Assembly: GCF_009914755.1 (NCBI RefSeq)
Contig: NC_060929.1
Direction: 5' to 3' (one strand)
Length of the DNA: 64,000 bases
DNA from: the human T2T-CHM13v2.0 reference genome, Homo sapiens
Both the position numbers and the translations under genes were made by a program. The notes beneath the pieces are model-generated. The model was not told where the DNA came from, ran no database searches, and saw only the letters and a program-made list of their open reading frames with translations. Positions within the stretch are counted from its first letter, which is position 1, and each line of letters starts with the position of its first letter. This document shows positions 40,821 to 55,505 of this stretch, piece by piece.

Positions 40821-43800
40821 TCAGTGAATTCGGAATACTAATACAGAATGTTTTTCATTGAAAATCAGTTTATAAATAAATGGTGCAAGGAATTCTAGAG
40901 TAATGCATTAGCCATGCATTACTGAAGTGCTTAAGATAATTTTTAAAAACTGATGGACTAAAAGTTGGTATGAGAAAAACACTATATATCATTTCCTAAA
41001 GTTGTTCTGTTTTGTTTAAATATGGTTTAAAATGGTGTTGGGGGAAAAGACATGTCCCCTTAGGGATTGTCAGAAAGAATCTAAAGCAGCTTAGCAAAGA
41101 GACAGAAATGTAAATGTGATATTTATCAGGGGAAATGAGGGTATGATTAAATAAAATGGAACCAGCCTCCATGTCAGAAAATACCTTAATGAGGAAGTCA
41201 TACTTGAGGCCTTTGTGTCATCTTCTGAAAGACTAAGAGCCTGGACTGGCCAGGAATGGCCTTCACCAGAACTATGGTAGGAAGAGTAAGTTGAGTTTAT
41301 TTCTCAGGTCAGGTTCAACCTCCTGAAATCCCAGCTGAATTAAAGTCTTCATTAAATTCATGAAAGGACACAAGAGTCACAGCCTGGCCTCTTTTAACAT
41401 CGCTTTCCTGGAATTGAATGGAAAGTCAGCTTCTAGTTCTGTGGAAGGCAGGTCCCAGGGGAGGTGAGCAGCTTCTAATTCCACAGCTCCTGCTTGCCCT
41501 TTTGAGAGCTCCAGCTCATCTAGCAGGTCTTGCCTGTTTCACATCTTTGGAGTTAAAATACTCTGTAGCCTTCATCTCCTCCCCTCAAACATGTATTTAA
41601 AAAAATACAAACTTTAAGTTAAAAATGTATTAGAAATGTTGTCTGTGTTATTGGAAAGCACCCTCAGATTCTAAGGTATACACAGATTACTTGGGGGTCT
41701 TATTCAAATGCAGACTTTGAGTCAGTGGGTTTGGAGTGGCGTCTAAGAGTCTACATTTCCAGTAAGCTCCCCAGGGCAAGGGAGGGAGGGACTGGTTTCA
41801 CTGGTTCATGGGTCATACTTTGAGAAGTGAGGATCTAAAAGACCTGATTTCAAGTTCTGACTTCTGACAACTGTTTTCTTACTTGTAAAATGAGAGGCTT
41901 TGGATGAAGATACCTTTTAAGTCTGCCCGTCTGCAGCATCTCAAGGCACAGAGAGAGAGAAGGCTGGAGATTGTCTAGAGCTTGATGTCTGCTCTGAGTT
42001 TTCAAGGACTCCCCGTTATAACACTGTGAATATAGAAAGGAAAAGTGAATGCAAACAGGGAAGGAAATACAGTTTGTGTCTGACAATCCCAGAGTGGTTA
42101 CAATTATTCACCTGATGCCTTTGCCAACATTTAAAGGTTTGGCTTTAATTAGATCACACAATCCACAAATGAACCTTCTAATTGTGCTGTGTTTGTCTCC
42201 AATAAGCTGTTGGGTAGGATTAATTCTTTCCACAGAATGCCCAATGGAACAGTTTAGTTTTCAATACAAACTAAGTGTAGTCACAAAAGATTACTACCTT
42301 TAGATCTTAAAAATATTTTTAAACAGAGTGCAAGTAAAGATACAGTTTGATATGACATTTTTTATACTAACTGTGTCAGTCATGGAGGAATTTAATACCA
42401 TTTTGAAATCTTTCTTATCCTTCGGATTCCCCTCTGATGTTCTCTTGTTAGTAAAATCTTCCCAGAGGCCACGTGAGAATTAGTAGCCACCTTCTGCCCC
42501 TCTGCTCCTATTTACACTGCTGTTCGGGTGCACACCACATGGTTGGGCTTGAGCTCATTTAGTTTTGTATCTGTTTTTGTCCTTCTCTGAATTACGAGCT
42601 CCTTAAGCCATCCTGACAGAGTAGGAAAAAAATTTGGATGACTTGGAGCACAGGTACATGAGTTTACACTTTGTTCTGTTCTGATCCTATGATCCCAGGA
42701 GGCCATTCTGCCTTCGTTTTTGATAAGCCACTTTCCCCAGACTGTAAATCCCATATTCTCAGGGGTCTGAAAGTCCAAATGCCTTCAGGGAAAGGTGGTA
42801 GGAGGAATGCAGAAAGCAGTGGATGGTGATAGTCTAGGGGGCAGTAGGAATCTTGGTTAACCTGCCTTGCCCCAAGATCTCAGATGCATTTTCTTTAAAC
42901 ACAACAGGGTTGAGCTCAAGCAGAAATTAACACCCAGCTAAAGACTTTGCTTCACATCACCTGGTTTCTGGTTTGCACATAACAGGGGCTCCCAAGTTGA
43001 GCTTAGCAGAAAGAACAGTGGAAATATTCAAAATAATTAATAACAAGGATAGCCAGGGAATCAAAATAGCATGTTTATAGCTCTAAGGTTTACCCTATAG
43101 CATCAGGTTTTAACCCTTTAGTTACTGGATCAAGGGAAAGTCCAGGACTTCCCAGTGGAGAGGCCAGGGCAGTTGAGCCTGGTGAAATGGAATATCAGCC
43201 CTGAGAAAGACCCCCAGGCTTTAGTCAGAGAAACATCATTTCACAACCCTGGCTAGCCACTTACTGTCTGTTAGATCAAGTTGAATAATCTGTCTGAGCC
43301 TCAGTTTTCTCATCTGTAAAATGGGTTAATAATACTCACTTTGCAGGACTGTGGTGAGGATTAAGTGAACCAACATATGGAATGTTCCTCAAAGAGTGCC
43401 TGGCACAAACAGATGCTCACTCAGTGAAAGTAGTACCAGGGGCTGTTGTTTACTATTATCTTTAAAAGATAATAAGTGGTTATTGATTGAATGCAGACAG
43501 CTTGTCTTTGTGTTACTCATGCTTTCTGTAGTCAGATAATTCAGGTGGACCACAAGAGATCTTGGTTTACTGTTGCCATCAAGGTGGCTTACCCCAGGGC
43601 TCAGGGGCTGGGTGGGGGCAGTTCTGAAAGACATAAGGAGAAGGGGATAGGCGAGGCTTTGTTCCCTGGGCTGGAGCTATATGAAAGACTCCCAAGTCTT
43701 TAGATCACAGCATCCACAGGCCGCTCCTGATCTATAAAAGCTCACTTTCTGATTTGTAGGCATTTTAAAAGACACAGATATTCTTATAAAGATGCTTAGC

Positions 43801-44404
43801 TAGTGATTATCTTCTGAGAGGCATGAGCGGCAAACTTGAGCCTCTTATGCTGTAAATAAGAGATCTGCTACATAGGCATTTCCCTGGGTCAATCCTTCTG
43901 CTTTTGGAATCCCTCGTGCTGCACTTATACATTCTCTAAATTGTCTCCAGGACACACACTGGGTCTCATGACAGGAGGAATCTCCATTGAGAAGGATGAT
44001 CTGTCCATAGTCAGCACCATAGTACAGAGAAAAATATACCCTCCACACCCAGGCAAAGGTTGACCACCCTATTCTCTGTAGTAACCCAGCCTAAATAAAG
44101 ACAGCTTTTATTTTACAATTGCTCACAACATTCACCATTCACTGTAGCTGAGTGTACTCAGCTATCTGCAAAACAGCATCCCTGCATTATTGATGTGAGG
44201 GTCGTGAGACCTTGCCAAGTGTTTTTTCCATATTGCTTACTCTTCAACTTGAAAACTGATTACTGTGTCCTGAAGGTTATATTTTTAAAGGAAATTTTCC
44301 TCATGCAAAATGCTGGAATGTATTTTGTTCCTTGTTCACTTGCTGTTACATGTGTCATTGACTCCCAACCTCTGATGTGTTTCTTTGTTTTCTGTGTGTT
44401 GCAG

Positions 44405-44585
44405 GCAGCATAGTGTACCTCGGGATGATGGTGGGGGCGTTCTTCTGGGGAGGACTGGCAGACAAAGTGGGAAGGAAACAGTCTCTTCTGATTTGCATGT
44501 CTGTCAACGGATTCTTTGCCTTCCTTTCTTCATTTGTCCAAGGTTATGGCTTCTTTCTCTTCTGTCGCTTACTTTCTGGATTCGG
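44405..44585 (+). CDS. SV2C: SV2C internal coding exon (181 bp, probably exon 3); MFS transmembrane segments
   Basis: Polypyrimidine tract + TTGCAG acceptor; GG|GTAAGG donor. Encodes (G)SIVYLGMMVGAFFWGGLADKVGRKQSLLICMSVNGFFAFLSSFVQGYGFFLFCRLLSGF(G), with MFS motif A GGLADKVGRK. Confidence 0.95.
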
Positions 44586-45282
44586 GTAAGGTTTTCTCCT
44601 TCATATTTTATAGTAATGTGTTTATTCTTCATAATTCTCCACTCTAGAGAACCTTATTGGGAGGAAATTATCCCTTCACACATCTCCTTCCATATCCTCA
44701 TGTCAGCCCTGGAAACCACAATGCTGGTTCTTAGAAATATAATTATCAACCTTTAAATACAGGACAGAAGGGAACACACACCTATGTTTTCATAGCTGAT
44801 TATTACTTCTAGAAGAAGAGTATTGTTTTAAATGGAATGCTGTTTCTATGGTAGAACACATTCACACATATATGCTGCTTCTGAAAATTTAACATAAGTA
44901 GGAAATAGCTCTCGTCCTACCTGTTATGAACTAATTAAAGGTTTGAGCCATTCAAGCATGCTCTTAAATTCAGGATTAGAGTGTCTCAAATAAATGCACT
45001 TTTATTGGTCTATGTTAACTTGGCATATTTAACTTGGTAGAAAGCCTCCTTGAGACGTAATTTTTAGTAAGTTCCTGACTTCTGTTGAATTAACAGAAGT
45101 TGTGCTATTACCCAAATGCAGTGGTAGAGTGTAGCCGATGTTCATTTTCTTTAAAGAGCTTAAAGCACTTATAACTATACTAAATGAATCCATAAGCATA
45201 GAAAAACCTAATAGCTGAATAAGGAATATATGAGAAACTTTGCTTCAATAAGAAAAAAACATAGTAAAAATATAAAATTTTT

Positions 45283-45412
45283 ATAACGAATGGGTACTAG
45301 GCTTAATGCCTGGGTGACAAAATAATCTGTACAACAAACCCCCACGACACAAGTTTACCTCTATAACAAATCTGCACATGTTCCCCTGAACTTAAAAGTT
45401 AAATATATCTAT
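45283..45412 (+). mobile_element. Short 5'-truncated L1P 3' end
   Basis: ATGGGTACTAGGCTTAATGCCTGGGTGAC...TCTGCACATGTTCCCCTGAACTTAAAAGTT. 13-bp TSD ATATAAAATTTTT. Confidence 0.8.
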
Positions 45413-47193
45413 ATATAAAATTTTTGATTCATGATTAAGAACTTAGAGACTTTTTTTTCAAGATGTCTAACACAAAATGAATCTGTAGGAATAATATACA
45501 ATTTTTAAACATAAATGAAGAAAATGAGGGAAACGGGGCTGGGTTATAAACTTTAAAAGCTATCAGTTGTGGTTGTTAGTGATACATCACCACAACCTAC
45601 AAAGCAGAACACAGTTTTGTGAAAAGAGGTCAGAGGACTATAGCATGTCTTTCTTAATTATGTATAGTAGCATTTCCCACAGCTCCTATGCTACATTCTG
45701 CACACAATGAGCACTTAGCAAATACTTGACTAAGTTGCACAAATTTTAGGAGCTTTCCTTAGAGTGAAGACAGTGCATTTCAGTAAACCAAGATGGCTGG
45801 AGAGTTTGGGAAAGTGTAAAATATTTTGTTCTTGGGGAAAAAAAAATGTTCAGAATCAATCATTTGCTTTGTAGCAACGGAGAAAGGGGAGAGGAGGCTT
45901 TTTCTCCACAGGGGAGCCCCTTGGTGCTCAGTTTCTGTGAGACTGGCTACATACGCTGCTGACTTGAAGATGGATTTTGGATTATGGACTCAAAGGGTTT
46001 CAGCAGACCTAAATGTTGAATGATTGAATGAATGAATGAAGAACAGATGTTACTTGGGGCTATTAGTTAAAGGACCTTCTCAGTGAGTAGGTCCATAGGA
46101 TAAGATATTCTTGCCACCAGGAAAGGCCAAGCTTCCTTCTCCCTTTTATTATCTATAATAAAACCACTAGCCTGTCAACAGAAGGCTAACAGCATAAGCG
46201 CTGAATTTTCCAGTCCTTTCAGTTTGCAATCTTTTTTGGGAAATTGAAGCAATATCCAAAGACCCAAAAGTACATGACTGTGGTCAAATTATTGTGGCAA
46301 TTTTAATTGCCAATCTGGATTGAGACATGGTCGTCCCAACAGACTGTAGAGAAAAAGGTCCACTGTGGTGGCTGCAAAATATTCCAAACCAATGGCCTGT
46401 CCAGAAGCGAATTCAAGGGCAACATAAAAGCAGAGACAACTTAGATGTATTCTTGATATTATCCTCATTCCTACTGCAGACAAATCATTCTTCAGCCAAC
46501 AGGTCAGGACTCCCGGGGGCTGGGAATCAAGAAATCCAGGTGTGCCCTACTCCTGCCCATTATCATGGAGTCTTAGGAAAGTCATGCAGGCTCTCCTGCC
46601 TGCTTTTTCTTTTGTAAAAGAAGACATTAGGACTTTGCATTGTTACCTTGGAGTGTGAAGATCAAATGAGATGATGTATTGAAAGTACAAGGTAGAGAAG
46701 ATAATGTAGGATAATGTTTAGAAACACTCACTCATAGTTTGGCATTTCTTATCTCCTTTGTTCCTCCTCACATACATTTTGCTAAGCTGTTCTATGTTGA
46801 TTGCCTTGGAGTGACAGCAGGGGAGGAGGCAGAAAGAGACTCCTTTCTGGCTTTTTAAATTTCAAGTCTGGCCCATGCAAGAAACAGAAAGGCCTAATCA
46901 GGGACAAAATATTTGGGAGAAAACATGGCAAGTAAAATCAAGCATAAATCAAGTTAATCTCTATAATAAATGGTGAGTACCTAGGCTGGGGACAGGGCTG
47001 AGGGGGGAGTCATGTGAGCTTAGTTACCTTAGTCCAGGTGGCAAAATCTCTGCAGAGTTTTGTGGGATCCAGCGGCTGACAGGACCTGAGAAATGAAGTT
47101 ATTAAGGAAAATGAGGGAAGAAATCTATATTGGTCAGCATTCTCCAGAGAGAGAGAACCAATAGGAAAGAATGGATAGAATAGATAGACAGGC

Positions 47194-47194
<1 letters not shown>

Positions 47195-47254
<60 letters not shown>
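47195..47254. repeat. (GATA)15 tetranucleotide STR
   Basis: Direct reading; uninterrupted. Confidence 0.95.
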
Positions 47255-47706
47255 TGAGACAGGACTAATTAAGGCAACGGCTCACACAATTATGGAGGCT
47301 GAGGAGTCCCATGGCAGGCCTTCTGCAAGCTGGAAATGCTGGGATGCCAGTAGCATGGCTCAGTATAAGTTTGAAGGCCTCAGAACCAGGGAAGCTGATA
47401 ATATAACTCTCATTCCAAGGCTAAAGGCCTAATAACTCAGGGTGCTGCTAGTGCAAGTCCCAAAGTCCAAAGGCCAGAGAACCTGGAGATCTGTTGTCCA
47501 AGGACAGGAGAGGAAGGATGTCCCAGCTCCGAGAGACTGCAAATTAGAATTTCCTCTGCCTTTTTGTTCTCTCCAGGTTCACAACCGATTGGATGGTGCC
47601 CACCCACCCCTGAGGGCAGAACTTCTCCACTCAGTTTACCAATTTGCATGCCCATCTCCTCCAGAAACACCCTCACAGACGCACCCAGAAATAATGCTTT
47701 ACTAGC

Positions 47707-48103
47707 TGCTATAGTTTGGATGTTTGACCTTTCCAAATCTTACGTTGAAATTTGATCCCCGGTGTTGGAGGTGGGGCCTGATGGGAGGTTTTTAGGTCTT
47801 GGAGGTGGATCTATCATGAATAGATTAATGTGAGTGAGTTATTGCTCTATTAGTTCTCATGAGAGCTGGTTGTTTAAAAATAGGCCTGGCACCCCCCAGC
47901 CCTCTCTTTTGCTTCCTCTCTCACTGTGTGTTCTCTGCACATGCCAGCTCCCCTTTGCCCTCTCTCCTGAGTGGAAGCATCCTGAGGCCATCACCAGATG
48001 CCCAGTCTTCCAGCCAACAGAACCATAGCCAAATAAACCCCTTTTCTTTATAAACTGCCCCACCTCAGGTATTCCTTTATAGCAACAAAAATGGACTAAG
48101 ACA
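47707..48103 (+). mobile_element. MST LTR nested in MLT2
   Basis: TGCTATAGTTTGGATGTTTG...ATGGACTAAGACA. CTAGC/CCAGC flanks. Confidence 0.85.
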
Positions 48104-49199
48104 CCAGCTGTCTAGGTATCCCTTAATCCAGTCAAGTTAACATGTAAAATTGACCATTGCAATATTTTTCTTCTTCACCAAAGTTTATGGGCTATTTTAC
48201 TTTTGCTTGCTTTGTGAAATGCTACCTTCATGGCCCAGGGTTTTTCTCAACAGTCTAGAGTTTATCTGGGAACTCTGTTTCTGAATCTCTGAGGAGTCTC
48301 ATCAAAGTCTCTTTTTCTCCAATTCCATTCCAATTCAACTCAAAAAACATTGTAACACCTACTCTACTCACTGGAACCATGCAAGGACTTTCATGGATAT
48401 AGCTGAGCCCTCACCTCAAGTTGCTTACAGTCTGTACAGACAGGCAGCTCTTCCAGTCCCCACCTTCCAGGAATTAGAGCCTGAAAAGAGGGCACAAGGG
48501 GCTTGGGAATCTCAAAGAGGAGGGAGAAAACAATAATAACATTGGAATAAGAAAATTTCTATTTCAATGATCCTCTTGTTTTCAAAGGCATATCGTATTT
48601 AAACCCTTCATTCCTATTACTTATTAACTCAGTACAGAAGCAGCTGAAGTTTTATATATTCTTTTTTTATTTAAACTTTCTTTATTACAACTTAAGCCAG
48701 AGAATTAAGATTCTCATCCTAGAGACCTTAAATAAAAGACCATGTTTTATCTACTTAAACAACTCCCTCCAACCATATCTGGTCCAGTTTTTAAATTGAG
48801 AAAAACTACGTGAAATAACATTCCAAAATGTTGGGAATGTTTCTTCTGTGGGCCTCTGGTGCACATAGCCCCCCGCACTCCACGCATTTCCTAGGAGTAC
48901 AGTACTTGCCATCCTTTCTGCTTTGAAGCTTCTTCTCCCAGGGCCCTCCCACTCACAGCTTCCCAGAGGCATTTCCTGAGACCACACACCCAGTGGGTCT
49001 CAGAGAGTTTCCTGTTTTGTCTCCTTGGCAGCACTTACAATTGATGCCTGAAAATATTTACTTCTTATGTTCTTCTTTCTCTCCTCCACCAGCATGTAAA
49101 TTCCAAAGGGCTGGGACTGTCGTCTTGTTCAACATTGCTTAATCGCCCATGGCAGAGTGGGCATGGGTATTGTAAAAGACAGTGGAGTTCAAGCAGCAA

Positions 49200-49790
49200 C
49201 CAGCATAGTCTGACTTGCAGCCATCTGTGTCATTGGCTAGTTAATCATGAAGTGAAATAGATAGGAAGCCTACTCAATTCTTACTTGATCTGTATAAGTA
49301 GAAAACTTATATGACTAGTGAATGAAAATCTAACTTGAGTCATGTCCCCTCCATCATTCCCAGACTGGAGCTGCTTTACAGACCCAGAACCAACTGAATG
49401 AAGGGGAGGCTGGGCCTCCTTGAAGAAGGATCTTTGTACCCAGCTAAATATTTATACTGTTAGTCTTTCTCCCAGCTTCCCCAAAGGGACTGAAGGCCTT
49501 TTACCAGGATGAGTGTGCATGGGAGAAAGGAAATAATCAGACTTCTCAGGGCTTGTGGACACTGGCTCTAAACTGACACTAATTCCAGGAGACACAAAAT
49601 GTCACTGTGGTCAACCAGTCAGAGCAGGGGCTTATGGAAGGCAGGTAATCAATGGTGTTTTAGCTCAGGTCTGTTTCACAGTGGGCCCAGTGAGTCAGGC
49701 ACTGAATCCATCCCGTGCCTGATTCCACAGTTCTGGACTGCATAATTGGAACAGACCTACTCAGCAGCTGGCAGAATTCCCACATTGGTA
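49200..49790 (+). mobile_element. ERVL internal (gag-protease) fragment
   Basis: Translates GLVDTGSKLTLIPGD at 49549-49593 (aspartic protease DTG motif), followed by CIIGTDLLSSWQNSHIG. Confidence 0.8.
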
Positions 49791-50138
49791 CAGAATCCCC
49801 ACATTTAATTGGTACAGGGCCTGTCCATCAGCTCCATTTACTAGGAATTTTAGAACAAAGAGAAGTTCTAGTTCAGAGAGTCCAAACTTTTCATTTTGCA
49901 GATTGAGGTGCAGTGGTGGAACCAGGAATAACTCAGCTAGGACTTAAATTGCAATTAAAGTCATTTTAAACTTGCAACTCTGTAAATAAGTAAAATGTAC
50001 ATTCTGAATCCAAGGTTTACCTGTCTGTGTGTTGATTTTATCAAAAATGCTACAGATTTCCAGTTGCTGTGTCTTATTTCATTGCTGAAGCATCATTAGC
50101 AGCACTGTCTCTGCAAATAAAGGGGACTGGAAGGAGTT

Positions 50139-50459
50139 CTTTTTTATTTTATTTTTTGTTTTATTTTGTTTTTTGAGATGGGATCTCACTCTGTCACCCA
50201 GGCTGGAATGCAGTGGTGCGATCATGGCTCACTGCAGCCTTGACCTCCTGGGCTCAAGTGATCCTCCTACCTCAGCATCCTGAGTAGCTGGGACCACAGA
50301 TGCATGCCACCACACCCAGCTAACTTTTAAAAATGTTTTGTACAAACAAGGTCTCCCTATGTTGCCAAGGCTGGTTTCAAACTCCTGGATTCAAGTAATC
50401 CTCCTAGCCTTGGCTTTCCAAAGTGCTGGGATTGCAGGCATGAGCTGCTGCACCTGGCC
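50139..50459 (-). mobile_element. AluJ
   Basis: T-rich tail + CTCACTCTGTCACCCAGGCTGGAATGCAG...CCTGGCC. Confidence 0.9.
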
Positions 50460-51253
50460 AAGCTCTTGTTTTAAACTGAGATCTACTTGGGTTTATATTT
50501 TTATTGTCTCCAAATGTGCTTTCCTCTTAATTCATCAAACCAAGTCATGAGCATATCTTCTTAGAAACACAAATATGTCCAGCTGACATATTGTATATGA
50601 CTTTAAATGTTTATTCGGTACAATGAATGATTTTCCTGCCTGGGGACAACAGCGTTGTGTGGGAAGGAGGACTAGGACATCACCAATTACTCATCTGTCT
50701 ATCACTTTCCTAAACGAATCTCACACCAAGAAACAGACACTTTCCTCCCCTCTTTTGTTATAGAAAATTAGAAAGATGGGAAATGGAGTTGGCACCATTG
50801 ATTCATTTTCATTTGACCCAGAATTAAATTATTTGTAGCCAGTCACTGTTAATTATGGGAATGATAGTACTTTGGATGCTAGGCAATATCAGAGTCGGGA
50901 GCTTCTCACTGAGGGCCTGGCACTGCTAAGCAGGAAGGTCAGGAGAAAAATATAATAGCAACAGAAATTAAAATGAAATTTCAACGTGTCTGTATATCGT
51001 AAATGAAAGAATAGTAATTTCTTCCTCTGTGAATAGAGCCTACCAAATGTGTACTTCATAGCTATTTGCAATATTCATTCATTAGCTGTATTGAGTTATA
51101 GTAAGAATACCTTGGCTTTGTAGAAATCATCACCATTAACTGGAATTATTCAGAATGCTTTATATGTAGCATCCCATTTATTTCCACAATTGTTTTAAAT
51201 AATTTGTCATGTAAAAATTGTGTGCCTTTTTTATTAGAAAATTGAGGCACAGA

Positions 51254-51561
51254 GGCCGGGTACGGTGGCTCATGCCTGTAATCCCAGCACTTTGGGAGGC
51301 TGAGGTGGGCGGATCACGAGGTCAGGAGATCGAGACCATCCTGGCTAACATGGTGAAACCCCGTCTCTACTAAAAATACAAAAAATTAGCCAGGCGTGGT
51401 GGCAGGCGCCTGTAGTCCCAGCCACTCGGGAGGCTGAGGCAGGAGAATGGCGAACCTGGGAGGCGGAGCTTGCAGTGAGCTGAGCTCGCGCCACTGCACT
51501 CCAGCCTGGGCGACAGAGCGAGACTCCATCTCAAAAAAAAAAAAAAAAAAAAGAAAGAAAA
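51254..51561 (+). mobile_element. AluY
   Basis: Y-diagnostic GAGATCGAGACCATCCTGGCTAAC. TSD AGAAAATTGAGGCAC(A/G)GA at 51236-51253 and 51562-51579. Confidence 0.94.
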
Positions 51562-52229
51562 AGAAAATTGAGGCACGGATTGATTATTGCTTCCAAATAT
51601 TCAACAGACACCCAGTCTTCTGAATTTTGGTCTGATTCTGAGCTATGAGGTTTTTCCCTTCAAAGTAGTCTTTTTCTTAAAATAATCATATTGGAAAAAT
51701 GCAGTTCATTTAAAATTGTTTAAGACTTTTAAAATGTATTTTATCAAACACCTCTATAGTGCTTGCCGCGTGAGAGATGCTGTGTTCAGCACTTTATATT
51801 AGTAAATATTGACTCTCATCAGTGACCCGATGAGAAAGATGCTATTCATTATTCATATATCTTAACTGTATGTCATAAATGAGGAATTTGAAGTACAGAG
51901 AGGTTAAGTTCCTATCTGAGGTCACACAATAAGTAATGTAATCAGGTTTCATACCCAGGCAGTCTGGCTCCAGGGCCCATGCTCATAACCATCAGGCTGT
52001 GCTGTGCTTCAGACTCAACCAGAAATGTCTCTGATTTCATATGGCACAACGTATACATGATATGTGCTCATACGTGTTTGAACAGATCAGTCCAAAAATA
52101 TCTCTGGCCCCAGAGCATCAGAAGGGAAAGACCTTCCCCAATATGTAAAATGAGGCAACAGTCAAGATTATCTTTAATCCAAAAATAATATAAAACCCAA
52201 ATTGTAAACAGTGTGTCAGTGTTTTCTTA

Positions 52230-52545
52230 GAGCTGCGTTGTCCAACATGGTAACCACTAGCTTCATGTAGCTACCAAGCACTTGAAATGTGACTAGTCCA
52301 AGTTGAGATGTGTTGTAGGTATAAAATACATAGCAGTGGATTTCAAAGACCTAGAACATATAAAAGAATGCAAAATATCTCAATAATTTTACATTGATTA
52401 CACGTTAAAATAATATTTTACATATATTGGGTTAAATGACTATATATTAAAATTAACTTTACGTGATTGTTTTGTTTTAATGTCTCTTCTGGAAAAATTT
52501 AAAATTACATACGTGGCTCACATTTTCTATTGGAAAGCACTGTCT
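52230..52545. mobile_element. MER33-like hAT fossil
   Basis: GTTGTCCAACATGGTAACCACTAGC...GTGGCTCACATTTTCTATTGGAAAGCACTG. Confidence 0.75.
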
Positions 52546-55279
52546 TAGGCAATGCTTTTTACTTTCCAACAAAAAGGCTGACCTTTTGGACACATTTTGT
52601 TTCCCAGTATACCCTTTAGCAAAGGTACTATTGATCACAAAGGAGAAGGAACAGAACAAAAGATCTTCCAGACCCACAGTGTATAATTGTGAAAAATTAG
52701 CCATATGCACTCTTTAGAATTCACTCTCTGGAGCCCACAGCAGGAATTTGTGTGCTTCATGCCTGCACCTCCAACAACTGGTGATGTGCCTGGCCCAGAG
52801 TTTGATTGGGTGAGGGGGTGGATAGAGGGATAATGGGTGGATAATGGGTAAATGAAGGGTGGGTGGGAGGATGAGTGCAGGAATGGATGAGGAAATGTAT
52901 ACAGCAAGAGGCTAGATACATCTGCATGTTCTATCATTAATTATAGAACATCATAATGATCATCACCATCTTTATTCATGGCACCTTTAGATGCTATGGG
53001 AAGGCATTCTTCCAACTCTATCAATAGCTAATTTTTTTTCAAGACAGTATTAAAGTCTTGATCCATGACTACCCCACTTCCCTCAGTGGTACTAAGTCTG
53101 CTACTGTGGATGCATAGACCTCCACAGTTTTAGGGGGTTAGGCCACCAATCTGATAGCAAACCAGGGCTAAGGGAGTTGAATTGCAGCTGTTTTCTTGGC
53201 AATGCAGTTTTCCCCACAAATTATATACTTAAAGATCAATATTTTTTAAATAACCAAATTTTCTACTCATTATTCTATTCATAGTTTACATAATATTTAG
53301 AAAATGACAACTTCATATATCGAAGAATATTATTTTTCAAATTGTGGCTTTGGAAATTGAAGACTAAAGCTACCCAAATCATCCATCCTTTGGCATTGCC
53401 ACTGGGCAAAGGAAATTCTTGTTCTTGATTTGATGATGAGTTAGGTTACCAGTATGTGTTTTTCTCCCATTTCTATCTTTATCACTGATAGCAAACATGT
53501 GCCTTCTGATCTATATAGCAACCTTATTTTCTGTGCCAACCTAGCCTATTCAGAAAGAGTGTTAGGTGTGTGCTCTTTCATCTAAGCCTCTGAGCAATCT
53601 CCCCAAGGTCTGTGATACTCTATTTACTTTCATAAAGTGGAAGAGACTGAAAGGTTCATCTTTGGACTGCTGCTCTAATCCCTTATTTCTGGGTCCAATT
53701 TATAACATAATAAATTGGCTCTGAATTGCTTTGCAATTTGCCTGACAGTTCAGTGTCTTCTCTCCTTTTTGTTGATTCCGAGTAAGAATTAAAAGAATAT
53801 TTTTCATGCAAGTTATTTGTAATTGTGATTCCTGACATAGGCCAGACCATTCACTAATCTTTTTATAATCCTATAATACTTGTCTTATAAAAGCTGCCAG
53901 AGTCAGCTCTTGGTAGACTCTGCCCTCTGTTTATTATTTGTATTGAACATGTGACTTTACAATGATTATTCAACTTTCTCCTTAATTATGTTCTTGCAGA
54001 ATGTCCCATCTTCCAGTGGAAATGGGAAATGGAAGATTGAGGTAAAGGGCTGCTTGACAATTATATGGTGAAATAAGTTAGAATGAATTATTCTTTGTTA
54101 CATACTAGCTAGAAAATTAAAGCAGAATAGAATTACTCAGTAGAATCCCTTCTCAAGACAAAGAATCATCAAACATTCCATAATTTCTCTCTAAAATGCC
54201 ATGCTTCAAGCCATTTTAAGTACAATTACTCTTTTTATCTATAACCTCCCTCTTTCATTGAAGAAACCTAAACCCCTCCCCACCTTTGCCTGAAACAGCG
54301 TACATCAGTGTGATGAAGCACAGCAACAAACATAATCCCCACTGGGTTGCCAGCTGAACTGGAGTAAGACGAGGCGTGGCTGTGAAATTCACAGTCAGGC
54401 TTCCCAGTTTCCCAATGAGGTTTGTGCATACAGGAAGACTTGGCATACTCTGTCATCCTGTTGTGCTAAACTGGTTTAACTTGTGTGCCTCACATTTCCC
54501 AGCAGAGGAGAAATTTGGTCTGTAATGCTAACACATTCTTTGCCTTGCACAATATGCCACTTGTGAATTTGCCTTAGATTATTGGGGAAAATAAATGAAT
54601 ATATTTCATGATATTTACCAGATGCCTAGTATTGAGTCATGTGCAGACCTATTGAGGTGTTGTGCGTGTGTGTGTGTGTGTGTGTATGTGTGTGTGTGTC
54701 TGTGTCTGCTTGCCTGTGCATTGGGGAGATTCTGATTCATTCTAGAAATGTGTTTAATACAGAATGTTTTAGTTTCTTTATATTTGTATAATTAAAGTTG
54801 CAAAAACCTAGCACTAATATTTCTTAAGGAATAACTCCAACTCTGAAATTCCAAATATTAACATTCTATTTCATTTGTATAAATTAAGTTATTTTGAATC
54901 TGGCTAATCTCACACCTACGTAGAGTGTGAATTTCTATTATTATTCCTTCTGTGCCTCTTATTACCAAGGATAATTAAGATTTGACATTTTTGACAGCTA
55001 ATAAAATAGACTTAATATCCAATACTGAGAAAAATTCTTTATAAGCCACTCTGATCTCATTGCTTCATTTATGTAAATGTTCCATTAAATATAACTTGAA
55101 AAAAATGAACTTGAACAGATTTCAACAGTAGCTAACTGATCATTCTATAACGAACACTAAGGTCTCCACGTAAACTGGATTTAAGGATGTGTTGCCCATC
55201 AGTTAATGTAAAAGATATTTGTGTCTTATATTATGGACTTTTATATAAAACCAATTATATTTTCCACATTAGCCCCCCA

Positions 55280-55505
55280 CTGCAAAACTTTCCCAACCCT
55301 AGCGCTATTAATATTTTGGACTGGATAGTTCTTTTTTGTAAGGAGCTGTTCTGTGAGTTGTAGGGTGTTTAGCAGCGTCTCTGGCCTCTACCCTCTAGAT
55401 GTCAGCAGCAGCCCCCAAGGTATGACAACCTAAAGGTCTCCAGACATTGCCAGATATCTTCAGGGAGCAAAGAGGAGCAAAATCAGCTCTATTTAAGACC
55501 TACTG
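55280..55505. mobile_element. MER20-like hAT fossil
   Basis: TGTTTAGCAGCGTCTCTGGCCTCTACCCTCTAGATG...CTCCAGACATTGCCA. Confidence 0.75.

Larger units (their letters stand above)
47126..48161 (-). mobile_element. MLT2 (ERVL) LTR containing (GATA)n and a nested MST LTR
   Basis: TTCTCCAGAGAGAGAGAACCAATAGG...TTAATCCAGTCAAGTTAACATGTAAAATTGACCATTGCA. Confidence 0.82.

Noticed and set aside
44010-44031. RE1/REST-like motif TCAGCACCATAGTACAG
   Set aside because: The right half-site does not match GGACAG and the spacing is off.
44377-44756. ORF-track starts and ends around the SV2C exons (also 59275-59562)
   Set aside because: These ORFs run into intron sequence; the true limits are set by the AG/GT splice sites.
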